NCBI GenBank assembly: GCA_963827655.1
Contig: CAWHCF010000023.1
Location: forward strand, 448,001 to 512,000
From: an uncultured Acidobacteriota bacterium
GTDB taxonomy: Bacteria > Acidobacteriota > UBA6911
DNA: 64,000 bases
Reading direction: 5' to 3'
Shown here: positions 60,581 to 64,000 of the stretch, one piece after another
How the letters are laid out: every line of letters begins with the position of its first letter
How positions within the stretch are numbered: the stretch's first letter is position 1
Notes under the pieces: model-generated
Seen by the model: only the letters and a program-made list of their open reading frames with translations
What the model was told of the DNA's origin: nothing
The model's database searches: none
Program-made: the position numbers and the translations under genes

Positions 60581-60610
60581 GAAATACCACCAAGACTCAA
60601 AGACACGAAG
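60581..60610. repeat. Period-9 repeat, single arm
   Basis: aaataccaccaagactcaaagacacgaag right after the stop codon. Confidence 0.75.
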
Positions 60611-60626
60611 TCCCCTGTTACCCTCA

Positions 60627-60656
60627 TTGACAGAGGTTTCAGAATGTGGGTAAATT
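60627..60656 (+). promoter_or_regulatory. Sigma70-type promoter for the FHA/PP2C/kinase operon
   Basis: TTGACA-N18-TAAATT about 55 nt upstream of ATG 60711. Confidence 0.55.
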
Positions 60657-60710
60657 TTACCGTCTGCTTATTCCGCGAGCATTCCATCGTCTCCTTCGTA
60701 CCTCACCGTT

Positions 60711-61502
60711 ATGAATGCGAAAGCGGTTGGAAGAGATATCATCCTGGCGATCATAGACAACATGCGAGAGTCCAAAGAACCTCTCCTGTACAGCACCGTC
60801 GTGCCCAGTCTGTACGACGTTTACCTTCATCCTGACGATCACGAACGGCTGGCCGGGATCTTTCCTCAAATACGTGAGCAGGCTAAGAGAGCTCTCCGCG
60901 AGGGGTTGAACGAGCTCAATGGCGCGAAGCGTTCGTTCCTCCCCGGGTTGAAAGCGCGCCGGTCCAAGCATGAGCCGGCCGAAGGAGACTGGTACATCAA
61001 GTTTCATAAGGACGAAGACGAGGAACTTGCCCCCGGAGATATTCTGGTAGATTCACAATTGACGCTGCCGCCGCAGAAGGAATTCGGCGCCGGGGGAAAG
61101 ACCCAGCGGACTGTTACCGTTCGATCGGGCGGGGAAACCAGGAAATTGAGAACCTATCAGGAAAGCCAGCCTACGGCGCCGGCGGCCCTGGCAAAGCTTG
61201 CCTACCAGGACAAGAAAGGCGAGCGGCGCGAGTTTCTCATGACGACCCCCGAGATCGCCATCGGCCGCGGCGGCCGGGCGGAGTACTGCGATCTGGAACT
61301 CGACGGGCCGGTGGACATTTCGCGCCAGCATTTTTACTTGAGACAAGACGAGAAGACTCGGGAGTTCTTCCTGCAGGACGTGAGCAGGTTCGGCACCACC
61401 GTTAACGGAAAGGAAGTTGCGCCCAAAGAATGGGTTCAAATCCCCGCAAAGGCGAAAATCGGCCTGGCCGGAAAAATGGTAATCGAATTCGAGAGTTTAT
61501 GA
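60711..61502 (+). CDS. FhaA-like protein (DUF3662-like N-terminus plus FHA domain)
   Basis: VPSLYDVYLHPDD; FHA motifs IGRG, ISRQH, DVSRFGT.VNG. Confidence 0.88.
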   Translation: MNAKAVGRDIILAIIDNMRESKEPLLYSTVVPSLYDVYLHPDDHERLAGIFPQIREQAKRALREGLNELNGAKRSFLPGLKARRSKHEPAEGDWYIKFHKDEDEELAPGDILVDSQLTLPPQKEFGAGGKTQRTVTVRSGGETRKLRTYQESQPTAPAALAKLAYQDKKGERREFLMTTPEIAIGRGGRAEYCDLELDGPVDISRQHFYLRQDEKTREFFLQDVSRFGTTVNGKEVAPKEWVQIPAKAKIGLAGKMVIEFESL

Positions 61503-61536
61503 CCTCAACCGCAAGAACCCCAAGGGTCGCACGTCC

Positions 61537-61641
61537 ATGATTGCTCTCTATTGGGCCCGCTACTTGTTCCTGCTTTGGTTTGCGCTGGTGGTGACCTACC
61601 TGGTCTGCGCGCACGTGTTTTCGGACGCTCGACGCCGGTGA
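61537..61641 (+). CDS. Small single-TM protein (34 aa), not in the ORF track
   Basis: MIALYWARYLFLLWFALVVTYLVCAHVFSDARRR; stop overlaps the PP2C GTG start (GTGA). Confidence 0.55.
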   Translation: MIALYWARYLFLLWFALVVTYLVCAHVFSDARRR

Positions 61642-63318
61642 AACCTGTGCCGAATCACAACGAGAATCCTGCCTGGAATGCCTGGGGAGACACACATCCT
61701 GGCAAACAACGGGAAAATAATGAGGACCGCATTTATTGCGATCGCGACCGGGGGATATTCATTGTAGTGGACGGCATGGGAGGGGAGGCCGCAGGTGAAG
61801 AGGCCGCCCATCGCGCTCTAGACTGCATACGACAGAGGCTCGAGAACGAAACCGGAACGGTCGCGCGGAGAATTCGCGAAGCCATTACGTCGGCCAACAA
61901 TGATGTCTATCGTCTCTCTCAGGCCAGGCCCGAGTGGCGCGGGATGGCGTGCGTACTGACGGCCGCAGTTATCGAGAACGGACACGTCCACATCGGGCAT
62001 GTGGGCGACACACGCCTCTACCAGATCAGCGACGGTGAAATCCGCAAGGTAACCTCAGATCATTCGCCCGTCGGAAGGCGAGAGGAGGCCGGCGAGCTTC
62101 ACGAGTTGGAAGCCATGCGCCACCCGCGCCGAAACGAGGTCTATCGCGACGTTGGGTCCAGGCTCCACAAGCCCGATGACGAGGATTTCATCGACTACAT
62201 TCAGATCTCCTTTGAGTCTGACTCGGCGCTTCTACTGTGCTCGGACGGCCTGACCGACATGGTAACCTCCGCCGAGATCCTCAAGACCGTTCGGCGCAAC
62301 GCCGGAAACCCGCGCCAGTGCGTGCGCGATCTCATTGACCTGGCCAATGAGGCCGGAGGAAAAGACAATATCTCGGTTATCGTGGCGGAGGGGAAGGATT
62401 TCCCGTGGGCCGGTAACCCTGTGAGCGGATCACGAGGCTGAGCCGGCGGGAGATAACGAGGGCAGGGCCGCGAGCCCCGGCGCGCGCGGCAGGTTCCTGG
62501 GAACTTTAACCAGCCGCTGGCTCGTATTTCTGTATGGCCTTATTCTCGGGATGGCTCTGCTCGGCGTTCTGTCCTCACGCATTCCGATCCGGCTGCCGGT
62601 CATAGGAGGAGTATCACAGACCGGTCCGGCGCGAGCGACACTGGTTGTCGAGCCGGGCAGCGCGGAGTTCCCGACCATCACTAAGGCCCTGGAGAAGGCG
62701 CGGGCGGGCGATGTAATTGAAGTCGGCGCCGGTGAATATAACGATCCTATCCGCTTGACCAAAGATGTGAGCCTGGTCGCCCAAAAGCCCGGCGAGGTCG
62801 TGATCCAGATATTGACCTCGCTCCCCGAGGGCGAAGCCGCCGTCAGCGCGGATGGATTACAGGGAGGTCGATTATCCGGGATTGTCATTCGGCCAGGTCC
62901 CGGTGTCACTCTGCCGGTCGGGATTAAAGTCAACAATTCGGAGATCGATATTTCCACTGTAGAGATTTCCGGCACCAGCCGAGCCGGCGTCTGGATCGAC
63001 GGTCATTCGCGGGCGACCCTGACCGCCGGTTACATCCACTCGAATTTAGGACCCGGCGTCATAATCGGAGGGGTCTCGACGCCCCGCCTGCTGAGGAACG
63101 TGATCGCGCGTAACGGCCTGGCAGGGGGAAAGCCCCAACCCGGTATCCAGATTGTCGATGAAGCCTGGCCGGAAGTGGTTCACAATGTGATCAGCGAGAA
63201 CGGCGCCGAGGGAATCCAGATTCCAATACGGATTCTGCAGGAAAGAATGGAAAATAACTTTTTCAGCGCGGGGGAAAAACGCAACCAGGCGGGCGACATC
63301 GGTACCGCGCGCCGTTGA
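61638..63318 (+). CDS. PP2C/Stp1 phosphatase probably fused to TM plus right-handed beta-helix domain (frameshift ~62430)
   Basis: RENNED, DGMGG, HVGDTR, CSDGL, GGKDNIS; the downstream frame is open from ~62425 through TM and beta-helix repeats (FPTITKAL..A.AGD.I.V.AGEY). Confidence 0.78.
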
Positions 63319-63326
63319 CTGCACCC

Positions 63327-64000
63327 ATGAAGAGCTTCCTGCAGAACGTCGGTCACTATCAGATCCTCGAAAAACTGGGACGGGGCGGAATGGCCGATGT
63401 CTATCTTGCGCTCGATACGACGACCAACAGGCAGGTGGCCTTGAAGCTGGTCGAGCGGGGCTCGAGCCAGGACGCGCAGGAGATACTTGCCGCCGAGCGG
63501 CTGGGCGCCAGGCTCCAGGCCTATCTTTGCACTGTCGACCCGAGGATACCCCGGATTCACACCTGCGGAGATATGGATGGGCACTTCTACATCGACATGG
63601 AATATGTAGCGGGCCGCGATCTGGCCGAGATTCTTCGGGAAGGTCCTCTCGAAGCTCGCGCTGCGGTGCGCATCGCGATTGAACTCTGTGACATTCTGAG
63701 CAAGGCCCATAGCTGCTCGCTCCAGATAGAGGGGAGGGAAATCCGGGCCATCGTCCACGGGGACATCAAGCCCACGAACGTGCGCCTCGATCGGGAGGAC
63801 CGGGTTCGCGTTCTCGACTTTGGCATAGCCAAGGGTCTCTCGCTGACTCGAAAACTCACCATCAACGCTTTTGGCAGCGCGTCCTATTCCTCTCCTGAAA
63901 GGCTCGAGACGGGCCGGATCGACGCGCTGTCAGATCTGTGGGCAGTGGGGGTTGTGTTGTACGAGATGGTCGAAGGAAGATTGCCCTTCGAAGCCCCTTC
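63327..64000 (+). CDS. Hanks-type Ser/Thr protein kinase (partial, runs off the window)
   Basis: Manual translation: LGRGGMADVY, VALK, MEYV, VHGDIKPTN, DFGIAK, YSSPE, SDLWAVG. Confidence 0.95.
   Translation, partial: MKSFLQNVGHYQILEKLGRGGMADVYLALDTTTNRQVALKLVERGSSQDAQEILAAERLGARLQAYLCTVDPRIPRIHTCGDMDGHFYIDMEYVAGRDLAEILREGPLEARAAVRIAIELCDILSKAHSCSLQIEGREIRAIVHGDIKPTNVRLDREDRVRVLDFGIAKGLSLTRKLTINAFGSASYSSPERLETGRIDALSDLWAVGVVLYEMVEGRLPFEAP

Overview
A GC-rich bacterial chromosomal segment, most consistent with an Acidobacteriota genome (two Oar/Cna-type TonB-dependent receptors, an acidobacterial VWFA-related protein, TPR/PQQ/NHL secreted proteins). It holds about 55 protein genes: metabolic enzymes, an NitT/TauT ABC transporter, Amt, two toxin-antitoxin pairs, ArfB, and an FHA/PP2C/Ser-Thr kinase operon that runs off the right edge. 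About ten single-base frameshifts in otherwise intact genes point to an error-prone long-read consensus. No rRNA, tRNA or CRISPR array was recognised. Main observations: (1) two ORFs are interrupted by an in-frame TGA exactly at the catalytic Cys position, an AhpD/CMD protein (CxxU) and a signal-peptide rhodanese (U-N-S-G-G-R), each followed by a similarly placed SECIS-like hairpin, so both are probable selenoproteins that the ORF track splits; (2) intergenic DNA is densely punctuated by two classes of short tandem-repeat elements, about 20 copies of a period-9 AAGACACGA family and several period-7 families forming inverted arms, which often begin at stop codons, bracket single accessory genes, and in one case enclose a decayed four-helix-bundle gene; (3) unannotated, translationally coupled small ORFs lie inside the kinase operon; (4) unusual fusions include Vut_1-like plus GGDEF, dead MPN-like plus TonB-C, and a secreted RlpA-like DPBB protein. 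All family calls come from motif recognition by eye, not from database searches.
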